From: the human T2T-CHM13v2.0 reference genome, Homo sapiens | Assembly: GCF_009914755.1 (NCBI RefSeq) | Contig: NC_060933.1 | Strand: one strand, 5' to 3' | Length of the DNA: 64,000 bases | In this document: positions 1-14,985 of the stretch, piece after piece | Layout: each line of letters starts with the position of its first letter | How positions within the stretch are numbered: the stretch's first letter is position 1 | Program-made: the position numbers and the translations under genes | The notes under the pieces: model-generated | Seen by the model: only the letters and a program-made list of their open reading frames with translations | Told to the model about the DNA's origin: nothing | The model's database searches: none

Positions 1-298
1 ATGAGTTCACTCGGGAAAGGGGGAAAAAAGCATGTCACTTTTCTTTTTTCTTGTTTGAAGTCACTAAGCTTCAGGGTTCAGGAGTGAATTGTTGCTCTGA
101 CTTTATTCTTTGGAGGCGGGTGGCTGCCTGCCAGAGGCAGCTGCACACAGGTCATTTGCATTGCATGCAGTCTCTGGTTTTAGAGGGAAGCTCTTCCTTT
201 CCTTAGATCATCTGCTTCTTTAGAGTCAGAGCCACTGCCTCACACAGACTGTATTCGCCCTTTAATCTTTTCCCTACCCCTCCCTTTCCCTGACTTAC

Positions 299-530
299 TC
301 CGTGCAGTTTAACAAGCTTCCCAGACAGGTCCAGCAGGCTCATCCCAATAGCTTTGAAAGCCAGCTGGCGGACAAAGGAGGAATTATTTCATATACTCAT
401 GGCTGGGTGGGTGTTGGGGAGAGGCAATTTGTGGAACACATGGGGTCCCCTCGCATCTCTCTCTCTCTCTCTCACTCTCTCTCTCTCTCCACCCCCACCC
501 CCTTCTCTCTCCCCAAGCCATCCACCCCGA
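299..530 (-). promoter_or_regulatory. Candidate promoter/first exon of an unidentified minus-strand gene (5' boundary approximate)
   Basis: Minus-strand donor GGA|GTAAGT at 299/298; exon end could encode MSLLDLSGKLVKLHG; short uORF (ccagccATGAGTATATGA) upstream; (GA)n tract and CACCC/G-run block at 456-528; repeat-free context. Confidence 0.4.
456..489. repeat. (CT)n/(GA)n microsatellite, one interruption
   Basis: Read directly from sequence. Confidence 0.95.
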
Positions 531-1511
531 GGTGCCAATACCTAGATACTTAGTAGCCTGGGTTTCGGCTGGGTCTGACCTTCTGAAGCACAGTTAAGAT
601 TGCTAAACTTCCAACTGGCTCTGGCAAACCTGGTTGTGCCATGAGAAATCAGTTTCTCAGAAAGAGGAGCAAATTCTCTTTTGTGTATGGGCACATTCTT
701 GGAGTTTCACCAAGGTGATGCCGAGGCTAAAAGGGGTGTGGATCAGGCTGTCCAATGTGGGGAAACTTGCTTTTAGTTAAATGAGGCACCTCTTTTTTTT
801 GGATGGTGCAGGAAAAATAGAAAAGAAACAGAAGGTAGACTAGGTAGGGGACAAGGATGTATGGACCTTTTTCTACAGAGAAAAAGTTGTTTCTAACCAG
901 CCTATTGCTTATTAACTAACAAGAATGTTTCAGGTGTCATTTTATTTTATTTTTTTTCTCTCTCCAGTTAGGGATGATTTCAGCCATTACTTTAGAAATG
1001 ATACCAAATGGAGAGCAAGTGGTCCATTTCAACTTCATCTGTGAAACTCAGGCGGGATAGAGTCCAGTCTGAGTCTAGGAACCAATAAAAAGAACAATTA
1101 GAGAGGTGTATTAGTCACTGTTGAGCACCTATGTGCTGAGACAGGCACTGTATATTACTAAACCCAAAGATGTTCTTCCCATCCTCAGAGAGCCTAGCAA
1201 TCAATAAAGCAGAGAGCGGCTTAATAATATCAGATGGACTTTGCTTCTTAACCATTGGCATCTGGGGGGTGTCCTAATTCTTATTACTAATGTTGCTATG
1301 AGGCATCTTGAGAGTGTTTTAAATTTTTAATCCTTTTAGAGTGGGAGAATCTCTATTAACTAGAATTCAAATAGCAGGATTTTCAATATTTTTCAATTCA
1401 CTTTGAGAATAAAGAAAAAAGGAGAAAAAAGTAACAATAGGTTTTTTAAAATAATGTTTCAAGAGCTATCACAATCTCCCAAGCATTCTGATATTCTGAT
1501 ATCTGGGTTTC

Positions 1512-1832
<321 letters not shown>

Positions 1833-1992
1833 TGATATCTGGTTTTCATAATGAATATAGTCAGATCCTTCAAATAAGAAACAAAAATACTTTTCCTTAC
1901 CAACCATTTATACTAGATACCGGTTAACACTGACACATACCTTATTGTGTTTAATCTTCATAATAACCTTAAAAATATAGATATTATCTCCA

Positions 1993-2517
1993 TTCCACAG
2001 AGTAGCCTCTGGCTCCACACATTTCAAATCTGGTTTCTCCTCCACTGCCCACATATTTCCAGTGCCAAACACTGCGGGACACTTTCATGTGGAGATATTG
2101 GGAGTCAACTTCTGGCTCTGCCTCTTTCTGTGTACCTTGCCAGGTGGGTCAGTACACTGAGCTGTAGGCATGGACCAAGAAACCATTCCTATACTGATGG
2201 CCAGCAGTAAAGCCAGTAAAGCAGCATATGGATGAGACTTTGATTCTCACAAATTTATCCCGCTAAACCCACACTAAATGTATCTCTAACTCAACTGCCT
2301 TGGATCACTCCAACTCCGTGTAACGGAAAGGGAAATCGAACAGAGGGAAAGTAGAAATAGAGAAAGCAGTCAACTCATTGGGCTTAAAACACCTTACTTT
2401 TATAAATTTTGCAACAAAAATACAAACATGGGGACACATTGCTAGCATCCTTCTTGGGGGTCTCAAAAGAGGCCTAGAAGCTTCAGCTTTATTAGCTTCA
2501 TGGTAAATTGGCCTCTG
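1993..2517 (-). mobile_element. hAT-Tip100 fossil (MER115/Zaphod-like)
   Basis: Reverse complement begins cagaggccaatttaccatgaagctaataaagctgaagctt and later has ggaggagaaaccagatttgaaatgtgtggagccagaggctactctgtggaa, matching the recalled consensus. Confidence 0.7.
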
Positions 2518-3852
2518 CCCAGGGACGCTGCCATTGTCCAAAGCATTTGGCATTGACTTCAGAGCTTACTTCATGCATGTCTGAATAGCCTCATTGGTAG
2601 CTGTAAGGGTTGATTGGATTTTTGGAAGCCACCAAAGCTTTTGGACCGTAGTGTTATGGTTCAGGTAATTGGTCAAGCTGTGGAGTCCTATTTGGAGGTC
2701 ACAAGTGTGGTAGTTTTGTTCTGTAGCTCATTATATTTGAGAACAGTTCTCTAAAACAGGGGTTTTACCCTGCAAATCACAAAATACAGCCCAGGATTAT
2801 TCCAAGGTCCTTTAACAAAGAAGTGGCAGAGTCCAGTTTGCATCTCCCAGTACCCAAAGTCCAGACTGTAACTCAGCCAGTTGTCTGTCTCCTTCAAGTA
2901 CACAGAGTGGGACACAGAGCTGGAATGTCTCTTGGCTGCATGCTCCAGACACTGGGGATTTGCTTATCCTCACAGCTAATAGCTATCATGAGCTCTGTCT
3001 TTGGGAAAGGGTTTTGTTTTGCCCCAAACTTCATCCCATGGCTTTAATCCCACTGCATTTGTCATCTTCAGCCTCACTGAATACAGAGAAAGGGAGGCTT
3101 CAACCAGCTTGCCAGGGAGGTAAATAGGTTTAAACTTCACCACAGATGGCCTCATCTCACGGTGCCAGATTTTTATCAACAACTGGTGTGGCTACTGACA
3201 TGGCAAAAAACCACAGCTAGACCTGGCTCCTGTCCACTTCTGTGATAACAGAGACCAAGAGGGGATAGAAGAGACAGTAACAGCTCGACAATTTGAGATA
3301 GAGAAGGGAAAAGAAAGAAAGTGAGAGATTGAGGAAGAAAAGAGAGCTGTCATGTTACAACCTGGAAGAAGTGACTTAATAGAATAGGTATAGAAATGAA
3401 AGCATATTGAATTTGTCTGATTTACTTATTTAATGCCTGCCTCATTCCACAAAGAGTCCTTTTATTTTTATTTTTAATTAGCCCTTTTATTTTTAATTAG
3501 GGTTTTATCAAGATGGAAACAGTTTTTTAAAAATTCTCTGCTTTGAGTTTAGAGAGAGGAGAAAAGTAACATTTTTAAATTGTTCATTATTTCGAAATTT
3601 CATTCCGTCTCCCTGTGCAGTCAGCTGCCACTTTCCCACCATTTTCAACTTCTTTTCCTCAAAAACGTGGCAATTAGGGTGAGTATGTATTTGTCATTGC
3701 TGTACAGCCACACATCAGCAGTTGACTGGAAGAGTAAGAAAAATAGAGAGGGAATTGTAGAAAAAAAGAAAGAAAAAAGGAAAAACATTACTTGGCCTGT
3801 AATCTTTGGGAAGTCGCCAGAATCTTTTTCTAGCCAGCCAATCCCATTTCAT

Positions 3853-3853
<1 letters not shown>

Positions 3854-3897
<44 letters not shown>
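3854..3897. repeat. (GT)22 microsatellite
   Basis: Perfect dinucleotide run. Confidence 0.97.
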
Positions 3898-3898
<1 letters not shown>

Positions 3899-5364
3899 CA
3901 CACTCTAAACCTGGGTAAGCATGGAACACTCAGATGCCCACAAATTGCTGAGATATATGAAGCAGAAGAAGTGCTACTAGCAGCAGTCATGGTCCAAGTG
4001 ATTATCAAAGCCCTCCTCTCCTGATCAGGTTTTGTGCAAAACACGCCAGAGAAAGAAAGGAAGGACTGAGGACTGCTTGTTTGGCATTTCTTTGTAGTCT
4101 GGGCCTTTTCTTCCCCTGAGGTGATTGTTGTTGTTAACCGAAGTTGTGTGAAACTCCTTCTGTGCAAAAACTGGAGCTTCCTCTTTGAAGCCAGAGTGTC
4201 TTTGTTCTTCACCTAACTTGGTGCCATTTTCGACAGGCGCATTTGTGTTGAAGTCTGGTTAATGCCTGCCACCCAGAATTCAGTGAGGCTGTTTGCCAGG
4301 TGGGAAAAAGCAGTTATGGCGGGGCCTGAGGGGATAGTTGTGGGTTTCAGGGAGTGGAGAGATGGGCAGGAGTTGCCTACAAATAGAAAGACAAAAGAAG
4401 ACACTGTAAAAGTTGGCTTTGATTGGTGGCTTAGAGCTCACAGTTCTCCTTTGGGATTTAAATGCTCCAGAAAAGAATGTTCTGGGACTTGGAAGAAGAG
4501 GGGAGAAAGGCAAGTCGGATATATTGCTGGATTACAGAAAAAGAAAAGGAGAGAAGGGTAGAAGTTTACAAAATGTAATTATAATAAAACCTCTTAAACC
4601 CTGGCTTTGAAACCAGGAATGGGCTTAGTAGGTATTAACATAGAAAGCAGTAATTTCCAGGGTTTCCCCAAAACACTTAATTTTACTTTTTGAAGTTTAT
4701 ATTCAAAATTTTAATTTAGCAAACACTCAAATGTGTTAAATACTAAATTTTTAATGCATTGGAGTAAAGTAGATTTCCATCCCACCAGAGTTAGATTTCA
4801 AGGTTGGCAAATATTGCTTATTAGCAAAATTGGCTTGAATATCCTTAAATCCCCCATTAATTAACACACATCCCTGAATAATAATTCTTATCCACACTAA
4901 AGTTGGAGAACCACTGACTAAAAGGAAAAAAAAAAAAAGACTGGGTTAGCATGTCATGATTTTCTTTAACAGCTTAGTTACCAAATCTAAGCTGTGAACA
5001 GGGCAAGAGTGGAAATCTCCAGCATTTCTGCTTGGCAATGGTTTTACTCCCCTCCCTTTCAGCATGAAGCTCCTATTACCTTAATATACATCATGATCTT
5101 TTTGTGGTGGTGGCAATTAAACTAGATAATGCAGTTCTTCTTATGGCAGGGAGTTGCCCTGAAAGTTAGCATGTGAATTTGCTCTTAATTCAGCTCCACG
5201 GTATACCAAAACATTAACTTGTTGGCTCAGCCCTACCATTAATTAGCAGGTGAACTCAGGCAAGCCGCTTAAGCTCTCAGGACTTGCATGCATCAGAGGA
5301 CTAGATGACTTCTAAATTCTCTCCCTTACTAACAGTCCATGCTACTAATTCAAAACCTCTTCTT

Positions 5365-5562
5365 GGCCAGTTGCAGCGGCTCACACCTATAATCCTAGCA
5401 CTTCAAGAGGCCAAGGCCAAAGGGTCGCTTGGGGCCAAGAGTTCAAGACCAGCCTGGGAAACATAGTGAGAGCCTGTCTCTTAAAAGAAAAAAAAAAAGA
5501 AGAAGAAAGAAGAAAGAAGAAGCAGCAGCAGAAGAAGAAGAAATTAGCTGGGTGTGGTGACA
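5365..5562 (+). mobile_element. 3'-truncated AluJ-type element with (GAA)/(GCA) repeats in the middle A-rich linker
   Basis: Left arm ggccagttgcagcggctcacacc...; linker 5482-5542; right arm stops after ttagctgggtgtggtgaca. Confidence 0.85.
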
Positions 5563-6544
5563 TAAACTGGAAGAAAAAATACATCCCAACCCAAACTCTG
5601 TGGCAGCGGTACCTTTATTGTTCATCCTTGCTGGGTTCGCCTATGGTATATGCATATCAGCAGACCCATAATGTTGCATCCCTTCAAACAAATATTCTTT
5701 GAGTATTTATTCAACACGTATTTAGTGTAGATGGGTGAAACTCTTTTCCTAGTAACAAAAACTGTTTTCAGAAACAGAGTCACATTACTCTCCTTAACTG
5801 AATTATACTCAATATATTAATACAAAAGAAAATTCAACAAAATATATTAAAAACACATTCAGAGTTTAAAGATAAAGGACTAAATATGTTAAATTCAGAT
5901 GTAATGAACTCCTAAAAGCCAAAAATTATTGCTTATATATTTTGAACTATAAATGGGTAAAGTCATTGAATTGCATTAACTAGAGAAACACATATATAGT
6001 AACTGAGAAATAATAAAACCTTGTACAGTTGAATTGCTGAATGCCTGCTGGAAGAAAAGTCAGCAAAAGAATCCACAGCATTGCCACCTTCAAAGTAACT
6101 TATTGAATTAAAAATTTAGCTGGAAAAAGAGACTGCGTTGCCACGTCTTCTGCATAATTTTACTTTTGCCTTATAAACAGAAGAATCTACAAGCATGGCT
6201 ATTTTGCTTGCATTTGTCCAGTATCAGAACCAACTAATCATCAAAGAAGATTATTTTTTATGTGAATGCTTGACAACACACACAAGTGGTGCTAAAATAT
6301 TCAAAGTGTTGAATATTTCCTTAATCTATTGACTTATCCTGGACCAACTTTGCTGATGTCGTACTGGTGTTGCAAAAGCAATGGGAGGTAAAGCTGCTGG
6401 CACCTTGGCATAAATCATGGCAGTAGCACCAAACCATGCCAGTAGTTACTGTATTCTGCATCACGACATACTTACAATGAAACAAATAAAAGCAAAAACT
6501 TATTTCACTTAAGAATACACTTAATAATGCAATAAAAAGTATAA

Positions 6545-6847
<303 letters not shown>

Positions 6848-7169
6848 AAAAGTATAATTTTTTTTAAACACGACCCTTCAGTTGAATTGCTGAATGCCTG
6901 CAGGATGAAAAGTCAGTAAAAGAATTCACAGCATTGCCACGTTCAAAATAACTTGTTGAATTCTTAATAAACACACTTTTTAAAAAACTGTATGAGAAAA
7001 TGGGGAGTACACGCAAAGCATTTCTCCCTATTGAAGCATGATGGGTTTTTTTTCCTGGATGTCTTGAAGAAAAGTATCTGCATGATTGAATTGCAAGCTG
7101 AACTACTCAATCTTTTCATGGAATGCCATCTTTTATGTGAAAGAATGACTTACATAAAAACTAAGGTTA

Positions 7170-7489
7170 GGCCGGGCGCAATGGTTTACACCTGTAATCT
7201 CAGCACTTTGGGAGGCCGAGGCAGGCGGATTACAAGGTCAGGAGATCGAGACCATCCTGGTTAATACAGTGAAACACCGTCTCTACTAAAAATACAAAAA
7301 AAAATTAACCAGTCGTGGTGGCAGGCTCCTGTAGTCCTAGCTACTCAGGAGGCTGAGGCAGGAGATTGGTGTGAACCCAGGAGGCAGAGCTTGCAGTGAG
7401 CCAAGATCACACCACTGCACTCCAGGCTGGGTAACAGAGTGAGACTCCATCTAAAAAAAAAAAAAAAAAAAAAAAAACAAACAAAAAAA
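7170..7489 (+). mobile_element. Alu, Y/Sc-like
   Basis: ggagatcgagaccatcctgg, gagcttgcagtgag; long poly(A). Confidence 0.93.
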
Positions 7490-8278
7490 CGTTTACCTCA
7501 GGTTATTCAGATTTAGGTATTTAGCAGATATTTTCTGGAAGATGACCGAAGTGAGACTGACATGTTAAAGAAAACAACTGACACTATTTGCTATCAGTTA
7601 TGAAAGTTAAACTTTCAAGCACAAGCTAGAATTTTGGAAAACTCATCACCATGACCATGACAGCTTCTCAGTGCTTAAAGCCTCTTCTGATGAAGTCGAC
7701 AATGATATTAATGAATTATCTGATTTTTATTGTTATTATATTTATACTGTATTTATATCATGACTTCATGTTTTATAATGAAATGCATCTGTGGTTCACT
7801 CGGTGAACCAATGTTTTCCAAATGACTAATACCTAATGTTACAAAATCATGTCTGGTTAATAAATCCATTCAGAGTATAAGATAGACAAATAAATTTTTA
7901 TGTGACAGAGTATAAAAAGTTTATTGATTGGTTTTAGATTCCCCATTACAACTAACTTTTAAGAAACTACCACTTGTCAAGTTTTGGCATCATGTCAAAG
8001 AATATACACAATTATCTGAAAAGTCTATATTAAAATAATCTCCCCATTTTAACTACATAACTGTGTCAGGCTGGATTTTCTACATGTAGTTAAATCAAAA
8101 GAGCATATTACAGGAGAGTGAATGCAGAAGCAGATATGAGAATTCAACACCTATTAAGCCAGACGTAGAGACTTGCAAAAATGTAAAACAATGGCACTAT
8201 TCTCATGAATTTTTTTGTGAAAGAAAAATAACGGTAAGATGCAGTAATTTTCCCAAAAAAAGTTACATTAATACATAA

Positions 8279-8581
<303 letters not shown>

Positions 8582-8809
8582 GCTTTATTACTTTTAATTA
8601 ATAAATCTTTTTTAAATTTCTGTTTTAAGTTCTAACATAACAAAAACTGATGATATATAACCCTCATAAAAAAAAAACTAAGTTGGGGGGGGGCGGTTAC
8701 GGATCTTCATAATATTCCAATGAATAAAGAAGTCCTAAGGCCAAAGTATTTGAGAACTGTTGACTTATGCCATTATGCCATTATACTTACTCCATATTTA
8801 CCCCCCTCA

Positions 8810-10200
8810 CATGATTAAACTCCTTGAGGGTAAACACTGAATTTTCATTGAACCTGTAACCATCTTCAGTACCTAGTATTTAGTAAATACTGAGTAACAT
8901 TCACTGAAGGAATAAATAGGAATGAATGAATGAATCTTTCAACTTTAGTACCTGAAATTTTCTTTCATTCTATAATGCAGACTTTAGTATCTGAAATTTT
9001 CTTGCATTCTGAAACAGCCAAGAAAAATTCCAGCAATTACAATGACCAGGTTGTAGAGAAAAACATAAAGGAAAGATCACAATTCTTTCACATGCCTTTT
9101 AAGCTTATCTATGGCTTACCCCTGTAGCCTCACGACCACTACTCCTTGCCTCATGCCTCATGATTCAGCAGCATCAGACTGCTACTAAATCACACTCTTG
9201 ATCTTTGTCCTTAGTACTCAGAGTTCACTCACTCACACACTCTATACAGGTCTAATTCTGAACCTTTAAGATTAAAATTAGGCTAAGAAATGAGGCAACT
9301 CTATTCACTGTCTCCTGTAATACTCTATCCATATCTTTTTCATTGCACTGCAACAATTTGTCTATAATTATCTTTCTATATCTGTCTTCCTTTCTAGACT
9401 GTCTCACACCTTTTTGTATCCTTAGTACTATGCATAGAGTCTGACACTTAATGGGTGCTTTAAATGTTAGACTGAACTGAAATGCTTTATATCCATGATG
9501 TTAAATCTGAGGTATAAGTCACCCAGGGCCATTCAACTTCATTCACTTTCATTGAACACTTACATGTGTTAGCCACTACAATGGGCACTGGGGATAACAA
9601 ATATTTATGTCAGTGAGCTTATGGTCCAGTGGGGGAGAGGGGGATCTATAAATGGCAGAAAATAATAAACAAGCTACATGCACAAGTTTCTACAGAGTTT
9701 GTGTTTATTTTTTACTTTAATAATTAAAGAGGAGAAGCACATTCCTTCAATATTTAGAACACCTATGTCTAGCAAGACACTTATTCAAGACACAAACAGA
9801 ACCTCTGCCTTCAATGGACTTAAAGACTTGTAAAGGAGACAGGCATTAAACAAATATCACACAAGTAAGTATGTAAGTGTAAATGGTCAGCAAGATTGGG
9901 AAGGAAAAATAGTGATACATCATTATCAGGGAAGGAAAAGGGATCAGAAATGGTACCCCTTAGGAAATGTGTGCAGGTGGGTAGGCACATGTGGGTGTTA
10001 ACCACAGGGAAAATGCTGAGACGAGCATTCCAAGCAGGTTAACGTGGCTGGGGTAGAAGTCTTCACAGGAAAGCAGGCATTTGCCAGCTTTACCAGGCTT
10101 GAAAACTGGAGAGAGCAAGGGCTAGAGGAATGGGAGAGGGGCTCGCATAGCACGGCGAAGGCTGAAGCAGCCCAGAGCTAAGCTTAAGTGCTTCATTTTC
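8810..10200. mobile_element. Cluster of degenerate L2 fragments in both orientations
   Basis: L2 3' motifs: ctccttgagggtaaac...(tgaa)n at 8820-8935; ctagactgt...gtctgacact; attcattgaacacttac. Confidence 0.6.
8942..9010. repeat. 30-bp direct repeat, period 39 (2 mismatches)
   Basis: actttagta(c/t)ctgaaattttctt(t/g)cattct at 8942-8971 and 8981-9010. Confidence 0.85.
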
Positions 10201-10759
10201 CTCTTCTGATATGCAGAACCATGATTCCGGGTGGTCTGTATTCATTGCACATAAGCCTCTAAAGATAAATGGAGACTGTTTCCTCAAGTAACTACTGCTA
10301 AGAGAAAAGTTTTCTTCAGATGTATTTCTCCATCAGTGCTTTTCCCACAGGGCACCTAAAACCTTGATTTATCATAAATGTTTCACCCAGCATACACATA
10401 CAGTAATACAAATGTGGCATATTTAAATGCACCCCTCAGAGAAATTTGCTGGCAGTGCTCATGACCCATAAATAAAGGAAAAAATAGCCCAGCTATGGTT
10501 GTTTCCAGAACGAGTAGATAGACCCCCATCTAGGCTACTGCCCAGAAGCTGAAACATAACTCAAGAGAGTCATGACCGTGTTACGGGAAAACCCGTTCTG
10601 GAGCTGGGACCTACTCCTCCTTAATGGCTGCCTCCAGAAACAGGAGGAATATTAACAAAGCTCTGTAGATTTCTTCAGCTGGTTTGTTGGACATGGGGAG
10701 CAAGGAAGTGGATCTGGCCAGTCAGCAACGTGGATCTAGTTGAGTAACTAAGGTGCAGT

Positions 10760-10958
10760 GCCTCAGTTCAAACTACGGCTCAACTGCTTACTAGCTCTGT
10801 GATCCCAGTTAACTTATTTACCCTGTCACTCATATGCCCTCTCTGTAAAATGGAGACATAAGTAGTATCTGTTTCATAGACTGCTGTGAGCATTAAATGT
10901 GATGATGTAACTCAAGGCTTAGCAAAGCATTCATTAAATGTTACCTATTACTATTATG
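10760..10958 (+). mobile_element. MIR
   Basis: Core gcttactagctctgtga...ctctgtaaaatggag...gtgagcattaaatg. Confidence 0.8.
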
Positions 10959-12219
10959 ATTGCTCACACCAGTCAATCAGCCAAGAGCATTTCCAGGTCT
11001 CAAATCAGTCAGGCTTCAAGACCAGCTTAACTGACTGTTTTATTCCCATATGTAACTACTTGTTTAGCATGTTAAGGACACAGTTTCTGTAATGAATCAC
11101 CCTGTTTTTAGTCTTCTTGCAGATAACATTCATTTTATGAAATTCTAGCCAAACAGCCATGCAAGAAAACTACTTGGTTTTTTATTTCCCTTCCTTATTG
11201 CTCATAACCTCTGTGTCCTGTAAAAATATTCTAAGAAACCCCTCTCTATTAAAATCTGAAACACAGTGCTAAACAAGCTCTCTTCCCCGAATTTGCCAAC
11301 TGCTTCCTTTACTACTCTGAACAGACACTGCAGTTTTGAGAATAGCAGTTCTCTCATCCTGTCACTCACCAACACCCCCAGACTGGGGGCTCTTGAATCC
11401 CCATTCAGACCTGAGAGCTTTCACAAGTCCTCATTTAACATCCAGCAACGCCTTGAAACCAAACGCCAGCCACACTCACCCTAAGACTGGGTAAAGCATG
11501 AAGTAATCACAGACTTTGATATTTTTCCAACCACAAACCCCCTCAAAGTCAAATGTGTCCATGAAAGAAAAGTGGCTCTTTCTTACCTAATCCACAGTGG
11601 AACAGGAATCAATAGAAACCACATCAAGATTGTGCTTGGTAAAAAATAAGAAAGACTTTCAAAAGTATACATTTGGTTTAAGTACGCCTGAAATATGAAA
11701 TAACTAGAATAACACCATCCTTCTTGACCTTGATCATAAGGCCTTTCATAGGTATCTCTCAATACCTCAAGTGAAAGAAAGTAGTTAGAACCTTGAAACA
11801 CTTTTTAAAACCTGCAGACAGCTTAATTGAAGGGGTCTTGTGAAGAGTTCATTGTCAGGGGTTTCTAGCAAGTGTTATTTCTTCCTGAATTCCACGAACC
11901 AAGTTCTCTGAAGTTTACATTCACACAGGATGAACAAGCCCACTGTGGTGGGCTTTAAAAGGGATAAAAGACCTGATGTGGTTTTCTTTGGGGGACAGGT
12001 TTAACACCCGCACCTACACACCCAGACCCAGCACCTGGCAGGATGGCAGAGAAGCAGGTGGCCTCCCAGAGTTACAGCTTAAACTAACATCACATACATT
12101 TAAAGCAAGTGCTGGTAACTAGAAAAGTAATTTCTGACAGTAAGCAAATGGCTCTTAAATAATAAAATAAAATGTGTCAGGTGGTAGAAAGCAGTGACAA
12201 AAGACAAACATTTGGCTAA

Positions 12220-12587
<368 letters not shown>

Positions 12588-12953
12588 ACAGAAGGTTCTT
12601 GTGCACGTGAACGGTGCCAAGGGATGGGGCTTGTAAGCAAGGAGAGGGGAGAGGAAGAGAAATTTGACATGTGATTATCATCACAATCCCACTGCTGTTG
12701 CTGCCCGCTTCAGGTCTACCTTAGTCTGAACAGTCAATATAAACCTTTTGGATCTAGACTGTGTTCCGGAATAGGCAGAACTTTAGGTTTTAGAAGGACA
12801 AGACTGCCTTTGGCATTAGAAAGAAGAGGAAAAAAGATCTTTTTATTATTGCCATTAAACATATATCAGATAAACAGCTGCTGGAGCTAATGGCAAAAAA
12901 AAAAGAGACAAAGTTTGAATAAGCATTTGCTATCCTGATTGGTGTTAGCACTA

Positions 12954-13361
<408 letters not shown>

Positions 13362-14152
13362 TCAGCTAGACATGTATGTAAATCTATAGTAATTGTACTA
13401 AATATGGTTGCAAAAACAAAAACTGTCAAACATTATTCTTAAAAGATTAGAAATAAGGTGTAAAATAATAATTTTAGCAACAATAACAAGAATCTAGAAC
13501 TAAACCCCCAATTTATATTTTCAAAAATTGTTAACGAGGAAAGGGAACATAAAAAATTATAAGGCTATTAAACTATATGTCTTAAATAAGGAGTCTCAAA
13601 ATATTTGTGTTTGTGTTTGTTTTTTACTTTAATAATTAAAGAGGTATTGGTCAAAGAACAATTTTTTACTTAAAAAGAAATAAAATTAAGATAGAAAATG
13701 AACTTTCTAGAGCACTATAGAAGATAAAAGCCAATAAATTATAGTTTATATGTGTGGGGGAGGGACTGGAAATAACAAGGAAACCTAAAGAAAATAATTA
13801 ATATATCAGAAATAAAATCAAATATCAATAAATGGGTTGAACTTCCCTATTACAAAAGAATTCAAAATAAATTTTAAACATTCAGTGATTGTCTATGACA
13901 AGTGATAAAAAGACACAAAAATATTAAATGCATCTTCCCAAAATAGATATCAAAATATTAATATCAGTAAAAAGGAAAATTCAAGACAATAGGCACAAGA
14001 CAAAAAGTATAATTTCACAATAAGTGGTTCAATTTATAACAAAGATGTGAGTTAAGAAATTTTATATACCAAAAACTACCTGCTTCCAAATATACAAAGG
14101 AAAAAAAAATTTAAAATCCGAGATGAAAGTGACAGAAATAAAATAGGATTGG

Positions 14153-14334
14153 GGCCAGGCATGATGGCTTGTGCCTGTAATCCCAGCACTTTGGGAAGCC
14201 AAAGCGGACAGATCACTTGAGGTCAGGAGTTTGAGACCAGCCTGGCCAACATGGTAAAACCCCATCTCTACTAAAAATACAAAAATTAGCAGGGCGTGGT
14301 GGCACTCACCTGTAATCCCAGCTACTCGGGAGGC
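14153..14334 (+). mobile_element. 3'-truncated AluS (Sz/Sx-like)
   Basis: Left arm plus start of right arm, ends at gctactcgggaggc; no tail or TSD. Confidence 0.9.
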
Positions 14335-14680
14335 ATATGTCCATCTATACTATGTATATATATTATAGAATTGGTAAATAAACCAGAACCCTCTCTGTTT
14401 TAGAAAGATCAATAACGCCAGGGATAAATAAGGAAATAAGAGAGCTGAAAGATAACAATAAGTATGAGTGATTTACTAACTATCTATAGATGTATCTCTG
14501 AAACATTGTAGCCTATGTATAATATTTTTGGTTCCCATGAAACAATAACAAAACAAGTATGTATATAAAATATGTGTAAATATACATATTTATAAAAATA
14601 TATATGTATACTGAAATACAAATGTTTTCAAAAAACAGAAATTTTATCAATCTCATTGACCACACCGTTTAAAAAATTAA

Positions 14681-14985
14681 TATCCTCAGCAATTCAATGC
14701 AGGAACAGAAAACCAAATACAACATGTTCTCACTTATAAGTGGGAGTTGAAAATGTGAACACATAGACACAGGGACGGGAACAACACATGCTGAGGCCTG
14801 ACGGAGGGTGTGTGTGGGTGGGGAGGGAGAGCATCAGGAAAAATAGCTAATGCATACTGGGCTTAATATGTAGGTGATGGGTTGATAAGTGCAGCAAATC
14901 ACCATGGCACACATTTACCTATGTAGCAAACCCTTACATCCTGTACTTGTATCCCAGAACTGAAAATAAAGTCAAAAGAAAATAA
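14681..14985 (+). mobile_element. L1PA (old, ~PA13-16) 3' end
   Basis: caggaacagaaaaccaaatac...ggtgatgggttgataagtgcagcaaatcaccatggcacac. Confidence 0.85.

Noticed and set aside
3580-4561. Overlapping 63-112 aa ORFs around the (GT)n repeat
   Set aside because: Low-complexity or non-ATG starts, no recognisable domain
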